Shown: positions 1 to 10,001 of the stretch, one piece after another | Layout: each line of letters starts with the position of its first letter | Numbering within the stretch: position 1 is the first letter of the stretch | Assembly: GCA_028280845.1 (NCBI GenBank) | Contig: JANQKZ010000032.1 | Span: forward strand, 74,490 to 138,489 | Direction of reading: 5' to 3' | Length of the DNA stretch: 64,000 nt | DNA from: Opitutales bacterium | Lineage (GTDB): Bacteria; Verrucomicrobiota; Verrucomicrobiia; Opitutales; JABSRG01 | Program-made: the position numbers and the translations under genes | Notes under the pieces: model-generated | Database searches by the model: none | What the model was told of the DNA's origin: nothing | What the model saw: the letters and a program-made list of their open reading frames with translations, nothing else

Positions 1-489
1 ACCCCCTACTCCCACTACATCTTCCGCATGGAGTATCGCTTCTTTGGTGACCAGGCCAAAGGCGGACCGGATTGGGCTTACCGCAACAGTGGTGTCATGG
101 TCCATGGGCAATCCCCCGAATCCATGGGGCTCGATCAGGAATTCCCCGTATGTGTCGAAGTCCAGGTCCTCGGTGCCGATCCCGGCAAAACCCGGAGCAC
201 CGGCAACCTCTGCACCCCGGGGACCATGGTCTTCATGAATGGGGAACTAAATGAAGACCATTGCACCGATTCGTCCTCCAAGAGTTTCCCCGGCGACCAA
301 TGGGTCACTCTGGAAATCCATGTCAATGGAAATGATGAAATCATTCACTACATCAATGGAGAAGAGGTCCTCCGCTACCAGCAACCTCACAAAGACGATG
401 GCACCATGCTCTCCGCTGGCACCATCTCCCTCCAGGCCGAAAGCCATGGGTGCGAGTTTCGCAACATCATGATCAAGGTGCTGGAATAA
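1..489 (+). CDS. DUF1080 / 3-keto-disaccharide hydrolase domain protein, 5' partial
   Basis: Open frame from base 1; DUF1080-type motifs NSGVMVH, EVQVL, and C-terminal GTISLQAESHGCEFRNI. Confidence 0.85.
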   Translation, partial: TPYSHYIFRMEYRFFGDQAKGGPDWAYRNSGVMVHGQSPESMGLDQEFPVCVEVQVLGADPGKTRSTGNLCTPGTMVFMNGELNEDHCTDSSSKSFPGDQWVTLEIHVNGNDEIIHYINGEEVLRYQQPHKDDGTMLSAGTISLQAESHGCEFRNIMIKVLE

Positions 490-554
490 GCCCTCACTTT
501 ACGGACCACTCCTTTTGCATTGCGGTGGCACAGCCAGAATTCCACCCTCAAGCC

Positions 555-1025
555 ATGGCTGGACATGAGGACCCCGTAAAGACCATTGCAATCGGCTGTG
601 ACCCGAACGCTGCCTCACTCAAACAAGTCCTGATCGAGTATCTCCAATCCCTCGGCTTGGGGGTGAAGGACTTTGGCAGCGACGATCCCATCTATGCTAA
701 TGTCGCCGTCGAAGTAGCTCGCGCCGTGGCCGCCGGCCAACATTGGCGCGGCATCATCCTGTGTGGCACTGGTCTCGGGGTTTGCCTCGCGGCAAACAAG
801 GTTGAGGGCGCCTACGCGGTCACCTGCACCGACCCCTACTCCACCGAGCGATCCATCAAGAGTAACAATGCCAATATTTTGACCATGGGCTCCTTAGTCG
901 TTGGCCCGGAACTCGCCAAGTCTCTGGTTACCACCTGGGTGAATGCTGAATACGAGCCCGGCGGCCGCTCCGAACCCAAAGTGGCCCGCATCCGCGAGCT
1001 CGAACAGGAACTCCGCACCCCCTGA
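555..1025 (+). CDS. RpiB/LacA/LacB family sugar-phosphate isomerase
   Basis: IAIGCD N-terminus, GIILCGTGLGV catalytic Cys motif, ANKVEG, SNNANIL; start moved to ATG 555. Confidence 0.9.
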   Translation: MAGHEDPVKTIAIGCDPNAASLKQVLIEYLQSLGLGVKDFGSDDPIYANVAVEVARAVAAGQHWRGIILCGTGLGVCLAANKVEGAYAVTCTDPYSTERSIKSNNANILTMGSLVVGPELAKSLVTTWVNAEYEPGGRSEPKVARIRELEQELRTP

Positions 1026-1037
1026 TTTCCTCCCCCA

Positions 1038-1070
1038 GTCATTGCGAGGAGCCAAGCGACGCGGCAATCC
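1038..1070. repeat. REP-like palindromic element GTCATTGCGAGGAGCCAAGCGACGCGGCAATCC
   Basis: ATTGC (1041-1045) pairs with GCAAT (1064-1068); resembles a widespread GTCATTGCGAG...GCAATC intergenic repeat type (recalled, not searched). Confidence 0.6.
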
Positions 1071-1117
1071 CATCTCCCTTTCCCCATTTCTATTTTCCAT
1101 CTCTACCCCACACCCCC

Positions 1118-2116
1118 ATGCAACGCATCTTCAACGACCCCGATGATATCGTGAACGAAATGGTCGACGGCTTTGTCGCCGCCCACCCGGACATTGTCAC
1201 CCCAACGGCCAACCCACGAGTGCTGAAAACCGCTTTCACTTACCCGGAGCCCAAAGTCGGTGTCGTTACCGGAGGCGGATCCGGACACAAGCCCGCCTTC
1301 ATCGGCTATATCGGTAAAAACATGGTGGACGCGGTCGCTATCGGTGAAATCTTCTCCTCCCCCTCTGCCAAAAATTTCCTCGATGCTTTCAAGGCGGCCG
1401 ACCAGGGCAAAGGAGTCGCCTGCCTCTACGGGAATTACGCCGGAGACAATATGAATGTGAAAATTGCCATCGAGGACGCCGAAGACGATGACATCGAAGT
1501 CAAAACCGTGGTGGCCAACGATGATGTCCCTTCCGCGCCAGGGGATGAGAGGGAGAAGCGGCGCGGCGTAGCCGGAGAAGTGCTCATGTGGAAAGTGGGG
1601 GGAGCCAAGGCAGCAATGGGAGGGACCCTCGACGAAGTAATTGCAACCGCTCAAAAGGCTATCGATCATTGCCGCAGTGTCGGCATCGGCCTGACGCCCT
1701 GTACCATTCCATCCGTGGGTAAGGCGAACTTCTCCATCGAGCCAGGTAAAATGGAAGTGGGGATCGGTCACCATGGAGAACCAGGCATCCAGGTGGATGA
1801 TTTGAAGAGCGCAGATGAAATGGCCCAGATGTCTTTGGATATTATATTGCCCGATTTACCTTTCGCTTCGGGCGACGAAGTCGTCGCCTTAGTCTCTGGC
1901 CTTGGGGCGACTCCAGTTATGGAGCTCTACGTCTACTACCGCAAGGTAGCTCAACTCCTGGGAGATGCTGGTATTTCCGTATACCGTCCATTCGTTGGAA
2001 ATTACTTTACCTCTCTTGAAATGATGGGAGTCACCCTGACCCTCATGAAGTTGGACGAAGAACTCAAAACCTGCATGGATTTCGAAGCCTACTCCGTAGG
2101 TCTCAAACAAAGCTGA
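1118..2116 (+). CDS. dhaK: Dihydroxyacetone kinase family substrate-binding subunit DhaK
   Basis: GGGSGHKP, GEIFSSPS, NYAGD, RRGVAG, EVGIGHHGEPG, TSLEMMG. Confidence 0.93.
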   Translation: MQRIFNDPDDIVNEMVDGFVAAHPDIVTPTANPRVLKTAFTYPEPKVGVVTGGGSGHKPAFIGYIGKNMVDAVAIGEIFSSPSAKNFLDAFKAADQGKGVACLYGNYAGDNMNVKIAIEDAEDDDIEVKTVVANDDVPSAPGDEREKRRGVAGEVLMWKVGGAKAAMGGTLDEVIATAQKAIDHCRSVGIGLTPCTIPSVGKANFSIEPGKMEVGIGHHGEPGIQVDDLKSADEMAQMSLDIILPDLPFASGDEVVALVSGLGATPVMELYVYYRKVAQLLGDAGISVYRPFVGNYFTSLEMMGVTLTLMKLDEELKTCMDFEAYSVGLKQS

Positions 2117-2120
2117 CCCC

Positions 2121-2762
2121 ATGCCCCAATCCTTCCCCAACGCAGGAAATGCCATCATCGTCCTCGCCCTCCGCGATGTCATCGTGGAGCACAAGGCCTA
2201 CCTCAGCGAGGTCGATGGAGCCATTGGTGATGGAGATCACGGGATCAATATGGCCAAAGGGTTTTCCATGGCCGCCGACAGCCTCGATCCAACCGCAAGT
2301 TTGAGTGAGGGATTCAAGCACTTAGGCAACACCTTGTTGGAGGACATCGGTGGATCCATGGGCCCTCTATATGGAAATTTCTTCCGCAAGATGGCCCGGG
2401 CATCCCGCAAGGAAGCGCGGATCACAGCAACCGTGTTCGAAACGATGCTGTCCGATGCCGTTACTTCACTGGTGGACCTGGGGGGCGCCAAGGTAGGAGA
2501 CAAAACCCTCCTGGATGTATTGGACCCCGCTATGACCGCCTATCGCGAAGCGTTGGCCACCGGTGAGTCCTTTGAAAACGCCCTTGGCATCCTTGGTGCT
2601 TCGGCGGAAGCAGCCAAAGAGGGAACCAAAGACATGGTGGCCAAACTGGGCCGGGCCGCCCGACTCGGCGAACGCTCTCGAGGTGTAATCGATGCCGGAG
2701 CGGCATCTTGTTCCCTGATCCTCAACACCCTCTCTGCAGAATTCACCAAGCGGCTAGGATAA
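2121..2762 (+). CDS. dhaL: Dihydroxyacetone kinase family nucleotide-binding subunit DhaL
   Basis: DGAIGDGDHGINM, GGSMGPLYG, GDKTLLD, GRAARLGERS, DAGA; starts 4 bp after dhaK. Confidence 0.93.
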   Translation: MPQSFPNAGNAIIVLALRDVIVEHKAYLSEVDGAIGDGDHGINMAKGFSMAADSLDPTASLSEGFKHLGNTLLEDIGGSMGPLYGNFFRKMARASRKEARITATVFETMLSDAVTSLVDLGGAKVGDKTLLDVLDPAMTAYREALATGESFENALGILGASAEAAKEGTKDMVAKLGRAARLGERSRGVIDAGAASCSLILNTLSAEFTKRLG

Positions 2763-2776
2763 TCCCTCTTCCCTCC

Positions 2777-4261
2777 ATGAAAGCAATCCGTTACCTCCTG
2801 TTAACCCTGTTCCTCCTCGGGTGGTTGTACGGAACTGATGAACCATCCCAACCCGATATCCTATTCATTGCGGTCGACGATTTAAACGACTGGATTGAGC
2901 CTCTCGGCGGACACCCTCAAGCCATCACGCCCAATTTTGAGCGGCTGGCGAAAATGGGGACGATATTCCCCCATGCGTATTGCGCAGCCCCTGCGTGCAA
3001 CCCTTCCCGAGTGGCCGTCTTATCCGGCATGGCGCCTCATCGATCCGGGATCTACATCAACAATCAACCCATGTGGAATAGCCCTGCCATCCAGGAAGCA
3101 GTCATGCTACCCAGTACTTTCCGGCGTGCCGGGTACCGGGCTATCGGCTCGGGCAAGATTTATCATTCCAACTTCCCGGATGCCCAATCCTGGGACGACT
3201 TCTGGCCCTCTTTAGATCTCCAGCGCCCCTGGACCGCCCTTCCTCCCCCCGCCGACTTGCCCTTGAATGGCATTCCGCAAACCAGCCAGTTTGATTGGGG
3301 AATCGTGGATGCCCGGAAAGAGGATTTAGCAGACTGGAAAGTGGCCGATTGGGTCATCCATCAACTGGAGCACCCACCCGAGGACCAACCCATGTTTCTC
3401 GCTTGCGGCATATACCTCCCCCACCTCCCCTGGTATGTCCCCGAGGCCTACTTTGAACCATTTCCCATTGAATCCATTCAGCTCCCGGAGGTCCTCAACT
3501 CCGATCTTGAAGACCTCCCCGTGGCCGCCAGATCCTTCATCCGCTTAAACGACCACGATAATGTGCTCGCCCACGACCAATGGAAATATGCTGTTCAGGG
3601 CTACCTCGCCTCCATTAGCTACGCCGATATGATCCTGGGGCGCCTTCTGGATGCCTTGGAGCAGAGTCCACGTGGCCACAACACCATTGTGGTCCTCTGG
3701 TCCGACCATGGATGGAACCTGGGAGAAAAACAGCACTGGCGGAAGTTTGCCCTTTGGGAGAACACCACCCGATCCGTCCTGATGTGGGCTGGCCCCGGTA
3801 TCCCTCCCGGTGAAGTCAGCGAGGCCCCGGCCAGCTTGCTCGATATCTATCCAACCCTGGTGCGTATGGCAGGAATTGAAGAGACACCAGACCTTTTGCG
3901 CCAAATGGATGGCACGCCCCTGACCTTTTGGTTCGAGAACCCCGCAAGGGAAAGGGGAAAACCCGTGCTGACCACCTGGCATAAAGAGAACCATTCTTTG
4001 CGTTCCAAACGCTGGAGATATACTCGCTACGCCGATGGTTCGGAAGAACTCTATGACCACCAGAATGATCCCAACGAGTGGGTCAACCTCGCGGGCAAAC
4101 CCGAATTTCAGAGCGTAATTCGACAACACGCTAAGTTTCTACCACAGCACAACGCGGATCAAACACCTGCAGACGGGGAAGAACCTAGCTATTACGAGCG
4201 CCTCGAGTTGCAATTTCCCGAGCTCAAAGACATCATCAGAGAATATCAGTCAGTGGATTAA
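2777..4261 (+). CDS. Formylglycine-dependent sulfatase (S1; iduronate-2-sulfatase/choline-sulfatase-like), secreted
   Basis: Signal peptide, IAVDDLNDW, CNPSR, GKIYH, PHLPW, SDHG, WRKFALWE. Confidence 0.93.
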   Translation: MKAIRYLLLTLFLLGWLYGTDEPSQPDILFIAVDDLNDWIEPLGGHPQAITPNFERLAKMGTIFPHAYCAAPACNPSRVAVLSGMAPHRSGIYINNQPMWNSPAIQEAVMLPSTFRRAGYRAIGSGKIYHSNFPDAQSWDDFWPSLDLQRPWTALPPPADLPLNGIPQTSQFDWGIVDARKEDLADWKVADWVIHQLEHPPEDQPMFLACGIYLPHLPWYVPEAYFEPFPIESIQLPEVLNSDLEDLPVAARSFIRLNDHDNVLAHDQWKYAVQGYLASISYADMILGRLLDALEQSPRGHNTIVVLWSDHGWNLGEKQHWRKFALWENTTRSVLMWAGPGIPPGEVSEAPASLLDIYPTLVRMAGIEETPDLLRQMDGTPLTFWFENPARERGKPVLTTWHKENHSLRSKRWRYTRYADGSEELYDHQNDPNEWVNLAGKPEFQSVIRQHAKFLPQHNADQTPADGEEPSYYERLELQFPELKDIIREYQSVD

Positions 4262-4347
4262 GACGAAGGCGGTGCATAGCGCTTTTAATGTGCGTGCAGC
4301 GAAAGCAGGGAACCCATTCCTGAAAGCGATCAAGAAATTGACATGCC

Positions 4348-4551
4348 ATGGACTCAAGAGAAGCGGATATCAGCCACCTCGAACGGAAAATTGCTCAACT
4401 GGAACAACACGTGTCCGAGCAGGATAAAGCTATGTTTGGGTTTTCCAAACAAATGGACCAGCTCCGCGAACGCTTGGACAAACTTCAGAACCAGGTGGAT
4501 GCCGCAGACTCCGCCGGCGCCGAGCCCATGGAGAAGCCACCCCATTATTGA
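4348..4551 (+). CDS. slyX: SlyX family protein
   Basis: 67-aa coiled coil ending in the diagnostic EKPPHY. Confidence 0.85.
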   Translation: MDSREADISHLERKIAQLEQHVSEQDKAMFGFSKQMDQLRERLDKLQNQVDAADSAGAEPMEKPPHY

Positions 4552-4555
4552 GACA

Positions 4556-5371
4556 TTAAAGCCGGGGAACCGTAAGTCCACCGTCGACCAGAATCACCTG
4601 ACCGGTCGAGTAGGGAAAATCTCCCCTCGCCAGCGAGGCGACGACCTTTCCACTATCACCGGGCTCTCCCCAACGGGGCTGCAGGCATAAGCCTTCTTCA
4701 ATCATTTTGTCATATTTCTCTGCCACCGCGGAGGTCATATCCGTGCGCGTCACGCCCGGGCGCACTTCATAAACCGGGATGCCCTCTGCTCCCAGGCGGA
4801 CAGCAAAGACTTGAGACATCATGGCAATCCCCGCTTTAGCTAAACAATATTCTCCGCGGTTGATGCTCGCCAGGGTAGCCGAGATGGAACCAATGTTGAT
4901 GATCTTCCCCTCAAAGCTGGAGTCGGCCTGCTTCGCGGCCACCATCTGGTTCGCAATGGCCTGGGACAAAAAGAAGGCCCCTTTCAGGTTGATGTCCATC
5001 ACCCGGTCATAATTTTCCTCGGTCGTTTCGAGCACATCGAGGCGCTGCTTGGGGGCGACCCCAGCATTGTTGACCAGAAGATTCAGGGCACCTCCGGCAA
5101 AGCCCTTCACGACAGACAGGATCGCCTCGCGGCCCTCCGCTTCACCAATATTCCCCTGCGCATAGGTCACCTCCACGCCCAGGGCTCTCAACTCATCCAA
5201 CACAGGCTGCACATCGGCCGCTGCCCGCATCCCGTTAATGACCAGGCCCCACCCCTCAGCGGCCAATGCCCGTGCAATCCCCAAACCAATCCCACGGCTC
5301 CCTCCGGTTATCAGGGCAAATTTTGGTCTTTTGTTTTTCGTTTGTTGTGTCTCGTTTTCTGGACTACTCAT
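4556..5371 (-). CDS. Short-chain dehydrogenase/reductase (3-ketoacyl-ACP-reductase-like, probably sugar-acting)
   Basis: TGGSRGIG, NNAG, catalytic YCLAK, VDGG; last gene of the GH88 operon. Confidence 0.92.
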   Translation of the reverse strand: MSSPENETQQTKNKRPKFALITGGSRGIGLGIARALAAEGWGLVINGMRAAADVQPVLDELRALGVEVTYAQGNIGEAEGREAILSVVKGFAGGALNLLVNNAGVAPKQRLDVLETTEENYDRVMDINLKGAFFLSQAIANQMVAAKQADSSFEGKIINIGSISATLASINRGEYCLAKAGIAMMSQVFAVRLGAEGIPVYEVRPGVTRTDMTSAVAEKYDKMIEEGLCLQPRWGEPGDSGKVVASLARGDFPYSTGQVILVDGGLTVPRL

Positions 5372-5806
5372 TAATATATCAAATTGGGAGGTGGTAATAT
5401 GGGAACGTTTACTCGATTCGAAGATATTGAAGCCTGGAAAGCGGCTCGGGAGCTGAACAAGAGTATCTACTCGATATCTGGATCAGGATCCTTTGCAAAA
5501 GATTTTGCCTTGAAAGAACAGATACGACGGGCCGCCATTTCAATTAGCTCCAATATCGCGGAGGGGTTTGGGAGGAATTCATCAAAGGAGTTCAAAAATT
5601 TTTTAGGATATGCTTCTGGCTCTGCTAATGAGGTTCAAAGCCAACTTTATTTAGCGCTCGATCAGGGTTATCTCACGAAGACCGACTTCAAGTCCATTGT
5701 AGAGGATGCTGAAAGAACTAAGAAGCTGATCGGTGGACTCATTCACTATCTCAATAGAAATTGATTAGTAGAGAAACGAACGGCAAAGAACGATAAACTA
5801 AAAACC
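5325..5806. mobile_element. Putative inserted cassette: four-helix-bundle gene between inverted five-heptad arms
   Basis: Arm 5325-5359 (GGTCTTT TGTTTTT CGTTTGT TGTGTCT CGTTTTC) and arm 5772-5806 (AGAAACG AACGGCA AAGAACG ATAAACT AAAAACC) are imperfect reverse complements in register; interior is AT-rich and antisense to the operon. Mobility is inferred. Confidence 0.6.
5399..5764 (+). CDS. Four helix bundle protein (23S rRNA IVS protein / bAvd-like family)
   Basis: FEDIEAWK, QIRRAAISISSNIAEGFGR, ASGSANEVQSQLYLA; Shine-Dalgarno GGAGGT at 5387-5392. Confidence 0.93.
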   Translation: MGTFTRFEDIEAWKAARELNKSIYSISGSGSFAKDFALKEQIRRAAISISSNIAEGFGRNSSKEFKNFLGYASGSANEVQSQLYLALDQGYLTKTDFKSIVEDAERTKKLIGGLIHYLNRN

Positions 5807-5819
5807 AGTTGGCAATCTC

Positions 5820-6965
<1,146 letters not shown>

Positions 6966-6972
6966 AAAATGA

Positions 6973-7046
6973 AGTTCTTCGTTTTTTGTTATTTGAAAAA
7001 ATTTGACCGCTCAAACGATATACGACCCACGACAAACCACTAAACG
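6973..7046. repeat. Heptad-built imperfect inverted repeat without cargo gene
   Basis: Left AGTTCTT CGTTTTT TGTTATT; right AACGATA TACGACC CACGACA AACCACT; same TCGTT/AACGA 7-nt phasing as the arms at 5325 and 5772. Confidence 0.5.
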
Positions 7047-7864
7047 TGGTTAATATAAGCCTCCTTGATTTTAGATAGGTATGTATCCGGATCCGTCGCC
7101 CACCAGCGGTTGGAGAAGATCTCCACTTCGTTCCACCCCTGAAACCCGGTCGCCTCGACCCAGCTACGGATCCGGGGAATGTCAATACACCCTTCCCCCA
7201 TCAGGCCTCGATCATTCAAAAGATCCTCGGTCGGAGTCTTCCAGTCGCAGACATGGAACCCGCAGATCCGCTCGCCGGCCCGCTGGAGCTGCTGCTCCAG
7301 GTCAGGATCCCACCAGACGTGGTATACGTCGACAGCTACCCCCACGAGGGGAGAGTTCAACTGATCCATGAGGTCGTTTGCCTGGCCAACCGTATTCACC
7401 GCACTACGACAATCCGCATACAGCGGATGCAGCGGCTCAATCGCAAGGATCACCCCCAGGGCCTGGGCATGATCGATCAAGGCGGCTATTCCTTCGGTAA
7501 TCTGTTTCCGCGCCTCCACCAGAGGAACCCCCGGTTCGGCCCCACACACCAGAACGACCTGAGGCGCCCCAACTGCCTGGGCCTCATCCAGACAGCGGCG
7601 ATTATCATCCAGGGCGGCTTGCCGTTTCACCGGGTCTGTCGATACAAAGAACCCACCCCGAACCAGCGACACCGCCTCTAACCCATGATCATCCAACAGG
7701 GTCTTCGACTCCTCCAATGATCTCCCTTCCAGCCACTGCCGCCAAATTCCCATGCCACGCACGCCCCCCGTCGCGAACTTTTGGCAAGCCGTGGGAAAAT
7801 CCCACTGCTTCGTCGTGATGGTATGGATGGCGAGTCGAGATAAATTGTCCATGATTTGCTCCAT
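7040..7864 (-). CDS. Sugar phosphate isomerase/epimerase (xylose-isomerase-like TIM barrel)
   Basis: LAIEPLHP, DVYHVWWD, FHVCDW, DRGLMGEGCID, EVEIFS metal-binding motifs; start may be 7852. Confidence 0.9.
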   Translation of the reverse strand: MEQIMDNLSRLAIHTITTKQWDFPTACQKFATGGVRGMGIWRQWLEGRSLEESKTLLDDHGLEAVSLVRGGFFVSTDPVKRQAALDDNRRCLDEAQAVGAPQVVLVCGAEPGVPLVEARKQITEGIAALIDHAQALGVILAIEPLHPLYADCRSAVNTVGQANDLMDQLNSPLVGVAVDVYHVWWDPDLEQQLQRAGERICGFHVCDWKTPTEDLLNDRGLMGEGCIDIPRIRSWVEATGFQGWNEVEIFSNRWWATDPDTYLSKIKEAYINHV

Positions 7865-7876
7865 GCAAAGTGTTTC

Positions 7877-7922
7877 GTGCTTATCGTTCCCGGTTAGGCG
7901 TTAATCATTAAACGCTAAGCAC
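7877..7922. repeat. Intergenic hairpin GTGCTTATCGTT...AACGCTAAGCAC
   Basis: 12-bp inverted repeat with one mismatch (7877-7888 and 7911-7922), between the GH88 and isomerase genes. Confidence 0.6.
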
Positions 7923-7927
7923 TATCT

Positions 7928-9298
7928 TCACTTAAAAAAAGTGAGATAAGGCCCGTCTTCCAACAGCCGTTGAATATAAACGGCCAGTTCCATGAGATGG
8001 TAATCGCCCCACATGGAGGATTCCCCGCAGGCAATCGCCTGCCCCGCGGGCACATGATCCCAGCCATTCGGCTGGTGGTAAATGCTATGCAACAACAAGC
8101 CCTGGTGATTCGGATCCAGGGAGAGGTAAGCATCACTGAACAGCGCAGCTGAGGTGACGAGGGCGGCCTGCTCATACTGAGCCGCCGCCGGGTTACCCTT
8201 CGTTTTCAAATAACGGGCCAACCGGAACAAACCCTGGGCCGTAATCGCAGAGGCCGTGCTATCCACAGGCTCATACGCATTGAAAGGATCAGCCGGGCGA
8301 TCTAGATAATCTCCCAGCTTATAGAGATTGGGAGCGCCCTGGTCCCAATAACTGATTCCATCGGTGGGGGTGTTCTCAATAAAGTTGTCGGCTACGGCCA
8401 AGGCGGCTTTCTCCATGAGGCCGACCCACCGATTCCTACCGCCAAAGGGCTCTAAATCGGCATCATCCAGTTGCGCCAGAAACTCCAGTTCCTCGGCAAA
8501 TCCACAAGTCGCCCAGGCCTGCCCACGGGTCCAGGTGCTGAACCCGGTGTAGCCCTGCTGGGCATTGGGACAACGGAAGGCTCCATCTTTGGTATTGAAC
8601 ACGGCTTCGTGCGCCGTGCGCCCGCGAACATCATAGGAATCCCGACCCTCGCCATAAAACACACTAAAGAGGGCCGTGGATTCAATGTGGAGTAATGCCC
8701 GCTCCAACAGACTGATGGCTTTATCCCCTTCTCCCATTAACACATGCCCAAGGCGATGGGCCTGCATTAAAATCCGGCAGGATCGAATCGTGTCCACAAA
8801 CAGAGAATGGGGGCCATTGAAGCTATGGATAAATCCGCCCCCCTGGCGATTCGTCCATCGCGAAGCTTGCACCGCGCCGGACACCTTGATGGCTAATTCA
8901 TAAAAATGGCGCTCCCAGTCATTATCCGGGAGGATCCCTTCCAGCATAAGTCGGCGAAGGTTTCCATAGGTAGAGAGGTTGTTGAACCCGTGATCATGCA
9001 CGCCGATATGGCTCACATGACTGGCCATCCGGCTTACCGTTCGGCTTCGCCCGGACTCAAGGCTTTCCTCGTCGCCGGTTGCGTCAAAATGAAGAATAGC
9101 AATCCCGTAGCGAAAGCCCTCGGTCCACTCGGTCCACCCCCGAGTGGTGTATTTTCCATCCACCGTAAACACGGGAGACCCCTTGGCGTCGTCATATTCA
9201 GAATCGATGGACTGCACCTTCTGCTTCGCCAGGGCAAAGCACTGGTCAATGCCTCCTCGGAGTTCTTCCAATTTTGGAGCGGAATTTAAGTTTATCAT
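7928..9298 (-). CDS. Glycoside hydrolase family 88 (unsaturated glucuronyl hydrolase-like), no signal peptide
   Basis: WTEGF, HDHGF, FVDTI, STWTRGQAW, DSTASAI, WGDYH motifs of the UGL (alpha/alpha)6 barrel. Confidence 0.85.
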   Translation of the reverse strand: MINLNSAPKLEELRGGIDQCFALAKQKVQSIDSEYDDAKGSPVFTVDGKYTTRGWTEWTEGFRYGIAILHFDATGDEESLESGRSRTVSRMASHVSHIGVHDHGFNNLSTYGNLRRLMLEGILPDNDWERHFYELAIKVSGAVQASRWTNRQGGGFIHSFNGPHSLFVDTIRSCRILMQAHRLGHVLMGEGDKAISLLERALLHIESTALFSVFYGEGRDSYDVRGRTAHEAVFNTKDGAFRCPNAQQGYTGFSTWTRGQAWATCGFAEELEFLAQLDDADLEPFGGRNRWVGLMEKAALAVADNFIENTPTDGISYWDQGAPNLYKLGDYLDRPADPFNAYEPVDSTASAITAQGLFRLARYLKTKGNPAAAQYEQAALVTSAALFSDAYLSLDPNHQGLLLHSIYHQPNGWDHVPAGQAIACGESSMWGDYHLMELAVYIQRLLEDGPYLTFFK

Positions 9299-9311
9299 TT
9301 TGCTTTTGTGC

Positions 9312-9388
9312 TCTCACCAAGACTCAGAGATCGCGGAGCGAACTCTTTCATGCGGGATGACTCTCTATGGCTCTGTGTCTCCGTGAGA
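9312..9388. repeat. Inverted repeat made of 8-9 nt CACRGAGA-like units
   Basis: TCTCACCAAGACTCAGAG (9312-9329) versus CTCTGTGTCTCCGTGAGA (9371-9388): 15 of 18 complementary. Confidence 0.65.
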
Positions 9389-9409
9389 AAATGGATCTTT
9401 CGTTTTTGG

Positions 9410-9952
9410 TTAGAATCGGTGGGTCTTTTTCAAATGAACAATGAAAAGCCGGGTGTCTTCCACCACTTCGTAGGTGTGTGGTAAAACAGCATCAAATTTC
9501 AGAACCTCCCCCGCCTTTAGTTCGTAATGCTCTTTAGGGAGTTGAATGCGAATTCGGCCCGCTTTGACCCAGCAAATCTCGAAGTCATCGCCGTGCGCCT
9601 CCGGTCGGGTTAACTCACTTCCCCGGTCGGCCGACACGGAGAAGCACTCGATTCCCTCATAGTGTACCTTTTCGAATCTGAAATCGCCCGACTGATACTG
9701 TTCCGCTTCCTTCAAATGCGCTGCCGTAGATTCGGAAAGTCCGAGCAGATCACTGGCCGATAATCCGAATACCCGGGCCAGCCGGTAAAGTGTATCAATC
9801 TCGCACACATGCTGGTTCCGCTCAAGGCGTGACAGTACAGCAATCGACACCCCGCTCTGCTCCGACAGCTGTTCCAGGGTCATGCTGCGGGTCTTCCGTA
9901 ATTCACGTATCACCGAAAAATCAAGGGATGCTGGTTTGGACCCATTTTTCAT
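9410..9952 (-). CDS. XRE-family HTH transcriptional regulator with C-terminal cupin
   Basis: IRELRKTRSMTLEQLSEQSGVS..LSRLER HTH; HGDDFE...FDAVLPHTY cupin. Confidence 0.9.
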   Translation of the reverse strand: MKNGSKPASLDFSVIRELRKTRSMTLEQLSEQSGVSIAVLSRLERNQHVCEIDTLYRLARVFGLSASDLLGLSESTAAHLKEAEQYQSGDFRFEKVHYEGIECFSVSADRGSELTRPEAHGDDFEICWVKAGRIRIQLPKEHYELKAGEVLKFDAVLPHTYEVVEDTRLFIVHLKKTHRF

Positions 9953-10001
9953 CTTGCATAGTAAATTTATACAATATTCTTATATTACAAGAAAATTTTT
10001 C
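9953..10001. promoter_or_regulatory. 49-bp AT-rich divergent promoter with possible XRE operator
   Basis: Very AT-rich spacer bounded by TCTTGCATA and TATTACAAGA, an imperfect inverted repeat. Confidence 0.45.

Noticed and set aside
5399-5764. Diversity-generating retroelement suggested by the Avd-like protein
   Set aside because: No reverse transcriptase and no TR/VR repeat pair seen in the window.
5325-5806. 23S rRNA intervening sequence
   Set aside because: Both flanks are protein-coding genes; no rRNA sequence is present.
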